Below, in pieces: positions 11,514-23,139 of a stretch of DNA of 64,000 nt (within the stretch, counting starts at the first letter, position 1; each line of letters starts with the position of its first letter). Source of the stretch: Octopus bimaculoides (Eukaryota); the NCBI RefSeq assembly GCF_001194135.2, contig NC_068987.1:22047039-22111038 (forward strand). The letters run 5' to 3'. The notes beneath the pieces were generated by a model. That model worked only from the letters and a program-made list of their open reading frames with translations, had not been told where the DNA came from and made no database searches. The translations under genes and the position numbers were made by a program.

Positions 11514-12375
11514 TATGAAGTGGTATCAAAAAGATCTTGTACTAGTTATGTTTAATAAAAAATAACTTATTCATCTAAGTTTTATCATCATCCCCTTCGA
11601 AACAGTCACCTTGCACAGCAATACACCCGTCCCAGCATTCCTGCCACTTTTGGAATCTGGCCTGGAAGTTATTTTCTGTAAACAAGTTGAGGACGTTCTG
11701 TCATTTGCTTTTGATCTCGACAAAGGTGTTAAAACAGTAACCTTTGAACTGCATTTTCATCTTGGGGAAGAGACGGAACACCACAGGTGCTAAATCTGGC
11801 AAATAGGGGTGGGTGTCGAAGTGGTACCTTGTTGTTTTTGGCTAGAAACTCAAGAGTGCGGAGAGGTCAATAACAGGGTGCATTGTTGTTGTGAAGAATC
11901 CAATTCTTCATGCTCCACAGATATGGTCACTTTCGCCGAATGTCCTTCCTCAAATGCTTCAAAACATTGTTGACTGTCCTCCAAGGATCCTCATGCACAA
12001 GCTGATAAACTTTCTCCCCATTTCCAGGGGTGATACTCATCATCTTCCAGGGACATTCTTCCACTTTTGAAGCATCTGTGTCAATCAAAACATTGCGTAC
12101 AACCCACTGCCTTGTTGCCATAAGCTTGCCGAAGCATGCTCAATGTTTCCGTAACAGTCTTCTCAAGTTTAACGCAAAATTTCACGTTAGATCTTGGTTC
12201 CAACTTCCTGTCCGTGACAAAAATTGCAGACCGCAGCATACACGTAATCACAAAAACACAAATTTCACAACTTGTGAAGTTAACACACTGATGTCATTTG
12301 GCACACTGCCTCATGAAGGCCACTGCTAGCTCTCGCTACAGAACTAGTCTGAGAACTTTCTGATACCACCTTGTA
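11514..12375 (-). mobile_element. Internally deleted mariner (irritans-like) with decayed transposase
   Basis: ~33-bp imperfect TIRs (TATGAAGTGGTATCAAAAAGATCTTGTACTAGTT vs reverse complement of the right end TACAAGGTGGTATCAGAAAGTTCTCAGACTAGTT). Minus-strand fragments NVKFCVKLEKTVTETLSMLRQAYG, EKVYQLVHEDPWRTVNN|VLKHLRKDIRRK and FQKWQECWDGCIAVQGDCFEGD. Confidence 0.85.
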
Positions 12376-12524
12376 AAGCTCTCTGGCCATGACTATCCAG
12401 CCTACTATTCAAGCATAGTGTATCCTGGATGTCGTTATCCAAAATGTTTTTGAAGATGGCCAGGTGTAATTTGAGGGAGATTTCTTGTGGGTTGTGTGTG
12501 ACCATGCATATAGTTTTTGTCATT

Positions 12525-13395
12525 GCCTCACAGTAGTTGTGATGGTGGTGTAGGTGGTGGTGACGGTGGTAAAGTTTGAGGTCAAGATTGTTGCAGTGAT
12601 GGTAGTAGTGGAGACAAAGATAATTTTGGTGGAGGTAGAGGTGATGGTGACCGAGTTAGAGATGTTAACAGTGGTGGTAGGGTGGTAGTGGTGGTGGTCA
12701 TCAAGGTAGAGATGTGATGGTTGTGGTGGTGGTGGTGATGGTGGGAGAAACAATAGTGGTAGTGGTGGTGGTGGTGGTCTTGTCGATGGTCACCTCAGCA
12801 TGCTGTGCACAGTTGCATCGTTGTTTCTTTGGCCTGTTTCCCCACCCACTCTGTACTTCCTGCCTCTTCCCCTGCACATTTTGCACCCACCTAATCGGTT
12901 TCTGTGTTGCAATTGTTGCACTGTCTCCAACAGATGTCTGTGGCATATGAATGCTGCTTTGACAACTCAGCACCACCACCACCACCACCACCACCTCATT
13001 CATTGCCACTGTCACCACCATCTCCACCTTTGCCACCACCACTGTCGCTGCCGGCACCGGCACCACCATTGCTACTATCACTACCATTACCACCACCGAC
13101 CACCTCCTCCATCACTGCTATGGCTGCTGTCACCACTATTGTCACCACCATTACCACCACCACTACCTCCTCCTTCACCACTATCGCCACCACTGCCACC
13201 ACCATCACTATTGCTGCTGTCCACCATCATCACCATTGCAAAAACCACCACATGGCTCTCATTACCACTAACTACCAACACCACTGCCACCACCACCACC
13301 ACCACCACCACCACAGCTGCTACCACTGTCATTGTTGCCACCATTATCCAATCATACAAACTCCCCTTCCTCTCCCGTCACCACTCCTATGCTAA
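12525..13395. repeat. (GGT)-rich tract (12525-12790) and (ACC/CAC)-rich tract (12965-13395) flanking a unique core
   Basis: Degenerate trinucleotide repeats, directly visible. Confidence 0.85.
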
Positions 13396-13636
13396 CCTGA
13401 TTAACACTACCTGCCTGCCTATCAACCCTTTTTCTTCTTTAATTTCTTTTTAAATGCCTCTCTCTTTCTCTCTCTCTGGTGTGTGTGTGTGTATGTGTTT
13501 CTCTCGTGTGTGTGTGTCTCTCTTGTGTGTAGTGTGTGTTTTGTGTGTGTATGCATTTGCATGTGCGTGTGTGTTTCTCTTCAGAGTGAGTATGTATGTC
13601 TCTCCCCCTTCTCCCCTCTTTCTCATGTATATCTGT

Positions 13637-13678
<42 letters not shown>

Positions 13679-13704
13679 CTCTACAACTGTCTGATATTCT
13701 TCAG

Positions 13705-14390
13705 CCGATAATTGGTGCCATTAAAGTACATTTTAGAGATATAGTACATTATGCAGTAAATTTCACAGATACAAAAAAAATCCACTGCTTTTGCCTCTGA
13801 TGGTGAAACAGAGACCTTTGATATAATTGCAGGAATTCTTCAATGTGATACTGTAGTGCATTTCCTTTTTGGCAATGTCTTTGTATATCAGTGGATACAG
13901 TTAATAGTAAAGATTTTTTACTCAGAAACGACGCTTATGCCGAGGATTCATGAAACCAATACAGATTTCACAGACAATCATGCCCTACTTCCTTATTCCT
14001 TATGGAAGCACAAGATCTAACAATGTCCTTCATGGCATGGCATCAGCAAATTGAGTAGGGTTTTAGCTAAATGACCTATAAACAGAAAGCATTCATCTTT
14101 GTTGTGAGAAAAAGGCACAGTTGCATATTAAAGCCCTAAGTCAGTCACAGGCAAACAGGACCCATGGGAGTTTCTGAATGGCACACCTAATGGAACATTA
14201 CCTTGACTTTTTGTAGTAGTTCAACCTGCTTCTCCAAAAAATGTTGCCCATATTTGCCTTTAAGTCATAATATTCTAAATGGCATGGATAATTTTATAAA
14301 TACCTATGTTCATATGCAATGGGCAGAGAAAAGGATTGTCTCACTTGGAAAGGAATGGTATGGTCAGCTCCCAACAAATCGATACGAAGG
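13705..14390 (+). mobile_element. Decayed non-LTR reverse transcriptase, RTE/RTEX-like
   Basis: With frameshifts: SDGETETFDIIAGILQCDTVVHFLF (cf. DGETxFFxIxAGVLQGDTLAPxLF), TDFTDNHALL (cf. DFADDIALL), KYLCSYAMGREKD…KGMVWSAPNK (cf. FKYLGSxIxSxxKD…AWxAxNK). Motifs recognised from memory; no search was run. Confidence 0.72.
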
Positions 14391-14399
14391 ACATACTTT

Positions 14400-14697
14400 T
14401 ATATAGGGTGACCCTGCTAAATTTCAAAACAAGACTAGCAAATCATTTAAATTCATTTAGAGGTAGAAATAAAAAGAACGACATGAGCTTAAGCAGACTA
14501 ATCTGGTCCCTTAAAGATAGGAACCATAACGTTACCTCAGAGTGAGAGTTAATTAGTATGGCTAAACCATATAGAGGAGTAAGTAAATGTGAGTTATGTA
14601 TAGAAGAAATATACTTTTTATTTTGTAGAGTATATGTTTATTAAATTTTACAAGGAAAATGATGGCAATAACTTCTGAGTGTCACAGTTTAATGAAG
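14400..14697 (+). mobile_element. Decayed Penelope-like (PLE) GIY-YIG endonuclease fragment
   Basis: YIG/VTLLNFKTRLANHLNSF…LSRLIWSLKD…*ELISMAKPYRGVSKCELCIEE…LLNFTR…SECH resembles the PLE C-terminus YIGxTxxxFKxRxxNHxxSF…LSxxIWxLK…W…CxLCxxE…LLNxRxE…CRH. Confidence 0.68.
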
Positions 14698-14889
14698 GCA
14701 ATCCAGCCAAAACATAGAAGTCACTGTCAACCTTATGTTTGTAAAAATTAATGTGTGCGCACACACACACACTGAAACATGGTGCCTGGCAATTTTACAG
14801 AAATGGAATGTGGTAAACACTGAGGTTCTTCCCTGTTCCAATAGTATTACTGATGTAATTTTTGTCTGGTCTCAACCAATTCTGTCACC

Positions 14890-15095
14890 CACTGCTCTTT
14901 TTGATATTAATATCATGCACCCAGTATACCCTGTAAAGTGGTTGACAATAGGAAGGGCATCCAGCTGTAGAAACCAAGTCAAATGACACATGTAAGCACC
15001 AGTCTAAGGAGCAGTAGCTTCCAATTACAGCTGACACAAACTGTGATGACCTGTCCAACCCATGCCAGCAAGACAGGCAGACATATGATGAATGT
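14890..15095 (+). mobile_element. Diverged RTE-tail retroposon
   Basis: CTGTAAAGTGGTTG…GGAAGGGCATCCAGCTGTAGAAACC…GTCCAACCCATGCCAGC. Confidence 0.65.
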
Positions 15096-15454
15096 GCTTT
15101 CTAAATTTAGGAAGGAATAACACATTCTGAAGGAACGAATATTTGATTAAATCGTATCCTCCATCTTTGTTATCCCTATCTGCCACCCGCATGATGATAT
15201 CAATAGGGAGTGTAATATCTCTGTGTCATATTGCAGCCATTTATGTTGAACATGTGATATTTCAAATAGTAAGGGTCAGTATTATCCATTCATTTTATCT
15301 CTGCCACCATTTTAATCTCTTTTTCACTTCCACTCTGCTCACTCTCATCCTATTATTTTCTGGCCCCTTCTTTCACATGTTTAAATCCTTCTTCTCCTAG
15401 CATAAATCTACTGTAGCCCCAGTCACTGAAAAGGGATGTTAATTTTGCATACTG

Positions 15455-15670
15455 CATGGCAACCTCATTAGTGTTGGTGCCATACAGAAAGTAGCAACAT
15501 GCACTAGTACTTGCTGTAAAGTGGCTGGCATCAGCAAGGGCAATCTAGGCATAGAAACCATGCCAAAGCAGACATTGGTGTACAGCGCTATCTTCAGACC
15601 CATCAGATCCTGTTAAACTGTCCAACCCATGCCAGCATGGAACATGGACATGAAATAATGCTGATGATTT
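15455..15670 (+). mobile_element. Diverged RTE-tail retroposon
   Basis: AGTGTTGGTGCC…CTGTAAAGTGG…GTCCAACCCATGCCAGCATGGAACATGGACATGAAAT. Confidence 0.65.
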
Positions 15671-16119
15671 ACTCTCTAAATGCCGATGTAGCTAGGAAAC
15701 GTGTCTTATTACTTGTTATTTAAATTTGCTTTGCAATCTTCGATTATTGACAATCATATTCATGTAGGATTATCTCATGGGATTTAATTGTAGCAATAAA
15801 TCGATCTGTGTATCAGCATTCTTTTTTCTTTTTCTTTTTTGTTAGTTGTCTTTTGTTTTGTTTTTTGTTTTTCTTCTCTCTCCCCATTATCTTCTTTTTC
15901 TATAGGTTGTTTGTGTGTTGTGGTTTTCCAGTATTGTAGTTTTGAACTTTGTAATAAATTATCTGGCTACAAGATGTCAACAGGTTAAGTATTAAAGCAT
16001 TAGATTTCTGATCAGGGGAAAATCCTCTCTGATAATCGAACTTTATCTCTGATATTTATACAAGTTTGTCTATAATACTTGAATGTATTATACATGTGGT
16101 TAACGAGCTCACTTTGCAA

Positions 16120-16420
16120 TCTTGTGGTTTTGGGTTCAGTCCTACTCTGCTGCATTTCTGTCAAATGTCTTCAACTATTACACCAGGCTGACCAGTGCTT
16201 TTGTGAGTGAAGTTGGTCGATGGAAACTCTGTGAAAGCTTGTCATATGTGTGTGTGTGTGTGTGTGTATGGTTGTGTTTGCCCTCCCCCATCCACTTGAC
16301 AACTGGTATTGGTTTGTTTATATCCCTGTAACTTAGTGGTTCAGCAAAGGTGACTAAACACTTCAAGCTGATGCCCCAGCATGGCCACAGTCCAACAACT
16401 GAACAAGTAGAAGATAAAAG
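16120..16420 (+). mobile_element. Diverged family B SINE
   Basis: GGGTTCAGTCC…(TG)n…TTGACAACTG…CCCAGCATGGCCACAGTC…GTAGAAGATAAAAGA. Confidence 0.7.
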
Positions 16421-16720
16421 ATAATGTGACCACTCATTTATCCCTGCTATAGCAAGAAACGCGTTCTGTTCTGGCTGCTCCTTCTCTCATACTTTAACCC
16501 CTCATCTCCTTGCATGCCCCTTCCTTGGGGGTGAACAGCCTTACAAGCTGCTTGGTGACCTCACTAGTGCTGGTGGCATGAAAACAACACTCAGTATGCA
16601 CTGTAAAGTGTTAGGGAGGGCATCAGGTTGTGGAAGCCATTCCAAGATAGACAGTGGAGCACGATGCAATCTTTGGATCTGTTTGGATCCTGTCAAATCA
16701 TTCAACGCATGCCAATATGG

Positions 16721-17073
16721 TGGCACTCCGTCGGTTACGACGTCGAGGGTTCCAGTTGATCCGATCAACGGAACAGCCTGCTCGTGAAATTAACATGCAA
16801 GTGGCTGAGCACTCCACAGACACGTGTACCCTTAATGACACAGTGTGACAAGGCTGGCCCTTTGAATTACAGGCGCAACAGAATCAGGAAGTAAGAGTGA
16901 GAGAAAGTTGTGGTGAAAGAGTACAGCAGGGTTCGCCACCATCCCCTGCTGGAGCCTCGTGGAGCTTTAGGTGTTTTCGCTCAATAAACACTCACAACGC
17001 CCGGTCTGGGAATCGAAACCGCGATCCTATGACCGTGAGTCCGCTGCCCTAACCACTGGGCCATTGCACCTCC
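16721..17073 (-). mobile_element. Family A SINE nested in an RTE-tail retroposon (host ~16490-17110)
   Basis: 12-bp TSD ATGCCAATATGG at 16709-16720 and 17075-17086. Removing the SINE restores the RTE tail. Confidence 0.9.
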
Positions 17074-17781
17074 TATGCCAATATGGAACAAGGATGTTAA
17101 ATGCTGACAAGAGAGGCTTCAAGCTTCTGTCTACCAAACCCGCTCACAAGGCTGTAGTAGAGCTGAGTCTGTAGTTGAAGATATCTGCCCAGTGTGCTGT
17201 ACAGTGAGGCTGAACCCAAAACCTTGTTGTTGGGAAGCAAAGTTGTTAACAACATAGCCATGTAGTTCTAGGTGCAGTGTGTGCAATAACAAGTATGAAG
17301 ACATTGGGATAATGTAGTCTTATGTACACTGTTATCATCATAATCATCTTAATGTTTGCTTTTCTTGCCCTTCCCATCACACCTCTCAGCACTTCACATA
17401 AAGTGACCAATCTATTATGTTTCCTCCCATTCAATAGAGGGGTGCTTCAGCTTTGCAAGTTGCTGGTGACCTTTGAGCTACGTCTTCATCTTGGGGAAGA
17501 GATGGAAGTCTGCAGGTACTAAATCTGGCGAATAGGGTGGGTGCTGAAGTAATACCATGTTTTTGGCGAGAAAGTCACGGGTGCTTTGTTGTCACGAAGA
17601 ATCCAACCCTTTGTGCTCCACAGATCTGCTCGCTTTCATCGAATGCCCCCTCTCAGATGCTTCAAAACATCACAGTAGAACTCTGAGTTGATGGTCTGGC
17701 CCTGGGGGATGAATTCTCAATGCACAATACTATGGATGTTCAAAAATAAAATGATGAGCATGCTCTTGATTGAGCTGCCGT

Positions 17782-18018
17782 TCTTATTTCTTTATTGCCC
17801 ACAAGGGGCTAAACATAGAGGGAATAAACAAGGACAGACGAATGGATTAAGTCGATTACATTGACCCCAGTGCGTAACTGGTACTTCATTTATCGGCCCT
17901 TAAAGTATGAAAGGCCAAATCGACCTCGGCGGAATTTGAACTCAGAACATAACGGCAGACGAAATACCACTAAGCATTTCGAGAGGCGTGCTAACAATTC
18001 TGCCAGCTCGCCGCCTTC
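17782..18018 (-). mobile_element. tRNA-derived SINE, family C (Meta-domain-like)
   Basis: Reverse complement contains GGTCGATTTGGCCTTTCATACTTTAAGGGCCGATAAATGAAGTACCAG. TSD AGCTGC(C/A)GTTCT at 17773-17784 and 18019-18030. Matches 52991-53227. Meta-domain likeness is from memory. Confidence 0.8.
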
Positions 18019-18193
18019 AGCTGCAGTTCTGTGGTGCTGCTTTTGAAGTGTCTGTGCCACTTGAAACATTGCGTACAACCCATTGCTTCGTTGCCGTAAG
18101 CTTGCTCAATGTCTTTGTAGCAGACATCCTAAGATTAACACAAAATTTCTCCCAACTTCCTGTTCATGACAAAAACGAGACTACAGCACACAC

Positions 18194-18609
18194 TTTTACT
18201 CTTTTACTCTTTTACTTGTTTCAGTCATTTGACTGCTGCCATGCTGGAGCACCGCCTTTTAGTTGAGCAAATCGACCCCAGGACTTATTCTTTGGAAGCC
18301 CTGTACTTATTCTATCAGTCTCTTTTGTCGAACCGCTAAGTTACGGGGATGTAAACACACCACCATCGGTTGTCAAGCGATGCTGGGGGGAAGAACACAG
18401 ACGCACAAACATATACACACACACACATACATGTATATATATACATATATACGACGGGCTTCTTTCAGTTTCCTTCTACCAAATCCACTCACAAGGCTTT
18501 GGTCGGCCCGAGACTATAGTAGAAGACACTTGCCCAAGGTGCTATGCAGTGGGACTGAACCCGGAACCATGTGGTTGGTAAGCAAGCTACTTACCACACA
18601 GCCACTCCT
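18194..18609 (-). mobile_element. Full-length, well-preserved family B SINE
   Basis: Tail (TTTTAC(T)C)n through to head …CACACAGCCACTCCT, with CpGs retained. Confidence 0.9.
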
Positions 18610-20270
18610 TGATCATACAAACACAAATTTCACAACTTGCAAGGTAAGCACAGTGATGTCATTTGGTACATTTGCCCTGATGAAGGTCACTGCTAGCCCT
18701 CACTGCGCATGCAACCATGTGCTGTTGGCATGCTACAGATCTAGCCTGGGAAGTTTTTGCTACCACCTCGTATACTGTGTATTGACAAATAGAGGCAGAA
18801 ACTGAAAGAAGCCTGCTGAATATATTTGTGCATGTGTGTTTGTTTGTGTCTCTTGTCTTGATATGATGTGATAATTGTAAGTGAATGTCATCCTCCTAAT
18901 GAGCTATGTTGTTTATTTGTAATCTTCTGTGAAAACATGCCTAACTATGTGAAAGTCTTCTCATGTCTGGAAACGTGTAAGGGTTAGTAACTGGAAGAGC
19001 ATCTGGACATAGAAAAATCTGTCTCAACGAACCGTGTTTGTTGTACCATGCAAAACATGGAAAAGCAGACATTAAAACATTGTTGATGATGTATTTCATA
19101 TATATGTATACACACACACACACAGACAAACATGTCTCTCTCTATCTCTCTCTCTCTGTCCCTGGACTAATCTGTTCAGTGCATCTACTGCTTGATTATA
19201 AAGGCTAAGATAATTAGGTTTATCTGCATTCTGTTTAATTCTGCACATCCTGATCATCATTGTTGTTGTTATGCTACTTATAAATTATAATTATAGTTGT
19301 TGTTATTGGTGTTTATAATGTTGTCATTACGGCTGCTTATGTTGTTTTTGTTTCTTCAATAGTAATAATAATAATAATGTTGTTGTTGTTACTGCTGCTT
19401 ATTCTGTTGCTGTTGTTACTCCCCATATTATCAGCATGATTGTCATAGCATTTGGATAGGTTGCTCTGCAGTAACCAATCTGGTTCCCTGCATCCTGAGT
19501 TCAAATCCTGCCGAGGTTAACTTTGCCTTCCTTCTGACTGGGGTTGATAAAAAAAAAAAAAAAAAATAAGGTACCAGTTAAATACTGGTTGAGGTTATTT
19601 GGTGGGTGTCTGTAGTTGGTCGGTTAATGTAGCTTCCCCTGAAAATTTTTTGGCAGCATTGTATTAAGCTCCCTAATTATTTTAGATATAATACTCATCG
19701 AAACACTTCTGCTCTATCTNNNNNNNNNNNNNNNNNNNNNNNNNNNNNNNNNNNNNNNNNNNNNNNNNNNNNNNNNNNNNNNNNNNNNNNNNNNNNNNNN
19801 NNNNNNNNNNNNNNNNNNNNNNNNNNNNNNNNNNNNNNNNNNNNNNNNNNNNNNNNNNNNNNNNNNNNNNNNNNNNNNNNNNNNNNNNNNNNNNNNNNNN
19901 NNNNNNNNNNNNNNNNNNNNNNNNNNNNNNNNNNNNNNNNNNNNNNNNNNNNNNNNNNNNNNNNNNNNNNNNNNNNNNNNNNNNNNNNNNNNNNNNNNNN
20001 NNNNNNNNNNNNNNNNNNNNNNNNNNNNNNNNNNNNNNNNNNNNNNNNNNNNNNNNNNNNNNNNNNNNNNNNNNNNNNNNNNNNNNNNNNNNNNNNNNNN
20101 NNNNNNNNNNNNNNNNNNNNNNNNNNNNNNNNNNNNNNNNNNNNNNNNNNNNNNNNNNNNNNNNNNNNNNNNNNNNNNNNNNNNNNNNNNNNNNNNNNNN
20201 NNNNNNNNNNNNNNNNNNNNNNNNNNNNNNNNNNNNNNNNNNNNNNNNNNNNNNNNNNNNNNNNNNNNNN

Positions 20271-21180
20271 TGTCTCTCTCTCTGTGTCTCTCTCTCTGTG
20301 TCTCTCTCTGTCTCTGTCTCTCTCTGTCTCTCTCTGTCTGTCTCTCTCTGTCTGTCTGTCTCTCTCTTTCTTTCTGTCTGTCTCTCTCTCTCTCTGTTTC
20401 TTTCTCCCCCCTCTCATTTCTCTTCTCCTTTCCATCATCATCATCATCACTTATTCCTCCTACTCTTCACTTTTTTTCTCCATTTCATTTTCCCCTTTCT
20501 CTCTCTTCTTACTCCTCCCCATAAATTTCTCCTTCTTTTCCTCATGCAGTGTTTCAAGAGAAGCTTTTGCCCCCTCCCCCTCCCTAACACCATTTTCTTC
20601 TCCACTTCAGACACCTCTCTATCCACTCCCTTCCCTTACCCCTCTCTCTTTCTTATCATCTCTATATTTCTTTTACTCTCACCTCTCATTTCTCCTCCAC
20701 TCTTTCTTCCTCTCACTTCTCCCAACTTCCTTTTTCTCTCTCTCTCACTTTATTCTTTCCTTTCTCCTCCTCTTACATCTCTCCCTTCTATCAATTCTCT
20801 ATCAGTCCCCTGTGTGTGTGTGTGTGTGTGTGTCTGTGTCTCTTATCAGTTCTCCCTTTCTCTCTCAATCATCTTTCTTCTACTCTTACCGTTACCATTC
20901 CTCCCCTCTACACTCTCTCTCTCTCTCTCCTCCCTGCAGCTGTTTCAAATCTTCCTTTTCTTCTACTCTTACCTTTACTCTCTCCTTATTTCTTCTACTC
21001 TCACCTCTCTCTCTCACTGCCTCCAGCTCTTTTAAACCTTTCTCTCTCTCTCTCTTCTACTCTTACCTTCTCTATTTCCACCCCCACCTTTTGTCTATCT
21101 CTCTATTGGTCTTATCCTACTTATTTCTTTCTCTTCTTTTTCTCCTCCTTACTCTCCGACTCTCCTGTCTTTAACACACA
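20271..21180. repeat. ~900-bp polypyrimidine (CT-rich) low-complexity tract
   Basis: Almost purely C/T on the + strand, directly visible. Confidence 0.9.
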
Positions 21181-21324
21181 GAAGATCAATCATATATATA
21201 TCTAATTGATTAGTTGTAATCCTAAACGTCTGGAACATTGTCTTTAACAAGGCCATTGATCACCATTATTGAATTTCCCCACACTGATTGGTTCTCTGTC
21301 ACATGCTTAGAAATAGGGGAGACA

Positions 21325-21785
21325 TCCTTGCATAACTGATCATTGCACATCAGTTTTATAAAGGGTTTGGTATAGTTGCATATCCTACCCCTGCACCTAC
21401 AAGGGGAAGGGTGTAGATGATATAACTGAACCATGCACACTGGATTTATAAGTGGGGGAGTCTTGTTGACATAACTGACATTTGCTCTTATTTGATTTAT
21501 AAAGGTAGAGGTATGATTGCATGACTAACTCTTGCATCCTAGATTTAAAATGAAGGTATGATTATGCAACTTCCCCCTGCACACCAAATTTATAAGAGGC
21601 GGAGCATAGTTGACATAACTAACCCTTGCATAAATTTTAAAGGAAGGGGTGTAATTTTAACATCTGCACTCCAGATTTATAAGAGAAGGATTTGGTTGAT
21701 ATAACTGACCTCCTATGCATCATTTAAAAGGGAAAAACTATTGTTGCATATCTGACTCCTGTATGCCAGATATTGCATAAAAGTT
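21325..21785. repeat. Old degenerate minisatellite, ~47-bp period, ~10 units
   Basis: Recurring GTTG(A)CATAACTGA…TGCAC…GATTTATAAG…GG units. Confidence 0.7.
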
Positions 21786-23139
21786 GTAAATTAGCATCAC
21801 TGTCTTAGAAGCAATGACCTTCATTTCTAATCTTCTACGAAAACATTATCTCACCATGGGAGAAATATTAAACTTACTCAGAAACAGGTAAGGGTTAATG
21901 ACAGGAAGTGCATCCAGCCATAGACATTCTCCCTCAGTGAATTCTGTTTGATACATGTGAGCAAAGAAAAGTGGGCATTAAATCGATGGATAACATTTAT
22001 CCTAACTTAATTGTGGATGATCTGTTAGAATAAATTATACTGTGGTAGATACTATGAGAGAAACTCTCATACTGGCTTTTGGTGAAAAATGCACTCTTGT
22101 TTACATTGCCAGCAAGGAGATAGATCCCCACCACTTCCAGCACCAAAACTATGAGATCACATGATTTTGACCTTCTTTGGTCTTATCAATGATGGATGTT
22201 TGACCACTGGAGATAACAGTGACTCATCTTCCTGCCAGTGAAATATAGAAAAATAGTGCCAGAACAGACACTGGTGTCACGTATTAATACCATAAAGTAA
22301 CGTCCTCACTTAAATGTGGATGTTCTGTTAGAACAAACTGTGCTGCAGTAAATACCATGATCGATGATGATGATGATGATAATGATGGTTGCTATGATTT
22401 CAGAGCAACCACTTCTACTAATTAAATTGCCTGGTTAAGAGCTTTTGAGTGAATTTCTTTCTTGAAACCTTTTGAATGAATTTATTTCATGTAAGCCCTT
22501 ACTGCTAGCCACGTACAAAGACTTCTTTCTCTGCCAGCTTGCTTGTAACCCTGCAATATCTCTTATGCACCCATACCTTAAACTGGGCACACTGTATCGA
22601 ATTCCTACCTTCTCCTTTTATGCAGACTAAGCATGACCATTTCTCAAGTAGAAGTAGAGTCCTGTCTTCTAACCTTCTAACTCAAATTTTTGTCTTTGCT
22701 AGATTAACTTTAACCTTTAGCACACTGCATTTTCTCTAGAATTGTTTCCCCTGCCTCTGCCCTTGTTACTACAGGGGAGAAAACTCGTACGGTGACATGA
22801 TGTGCCTACTGTGTGCTTCAGGTTAAGGTCTCTTGATTCAAGGCTTTGGTTCTGTTTAAAATTTCTTTTCGAAATGTTTGGCAAATTAAGGTCAGCTTAA
22901 AGAAAAATATTATAGGCATACAGAAGTTCCTATAGGCAGTTGGGCTTAACCATTTTGTTTTCATATTTCTTTTGCAAGACATTGTTCTTGCTTCAATTAA
23001 TTTTGAAATTAATGAATTTAGTAAAATAACTTTGTCGTCTTTATTATTAAGCTGGTGTTTGGAACATAGATAACATAGAATTTTGTTGGAAGGTTTAAAT
23101 TTAAATCACTTCAAAGCAGGAATTTTATGTCTGTCTCTC

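Larger units (their letters stand above)
17440..18772 (-). mobile_element. Second irritans-like mariner, internally deleted, carrying two nested SINEs
   Basis: Right TIR …TTTTTGCTACCACCTCG-TA. Minus-strand fragment KSMLIILF…IVH*EFIPQGQTINSEFYCDVLKHL. Alignable by eye to 11514-12375. Left TIR not seen. Confidence 0.8.

Noticed and set aside
12800-13453. His/Pro/Thr-rich 217-aa ORF and similar ORFs at 48.8 kb and 59 kb
   Set aside because: Translations of degenerate trinucleotide tracts that are open in several frames at once.
21325-21785. CRISPR-like repeat-spacer array
   Set aside because: Eukaryotic context; repeats are degenerate, spacers are not unique fixed-length sequences, and there are no cas genes.
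22779-22825. 47-nt micro-exon candidate (GENSYGDMMCLLCAS)
   Set aside because: Acceptor is plausible but the donor is weak (GTTAAG) and no partner exons can be linked.
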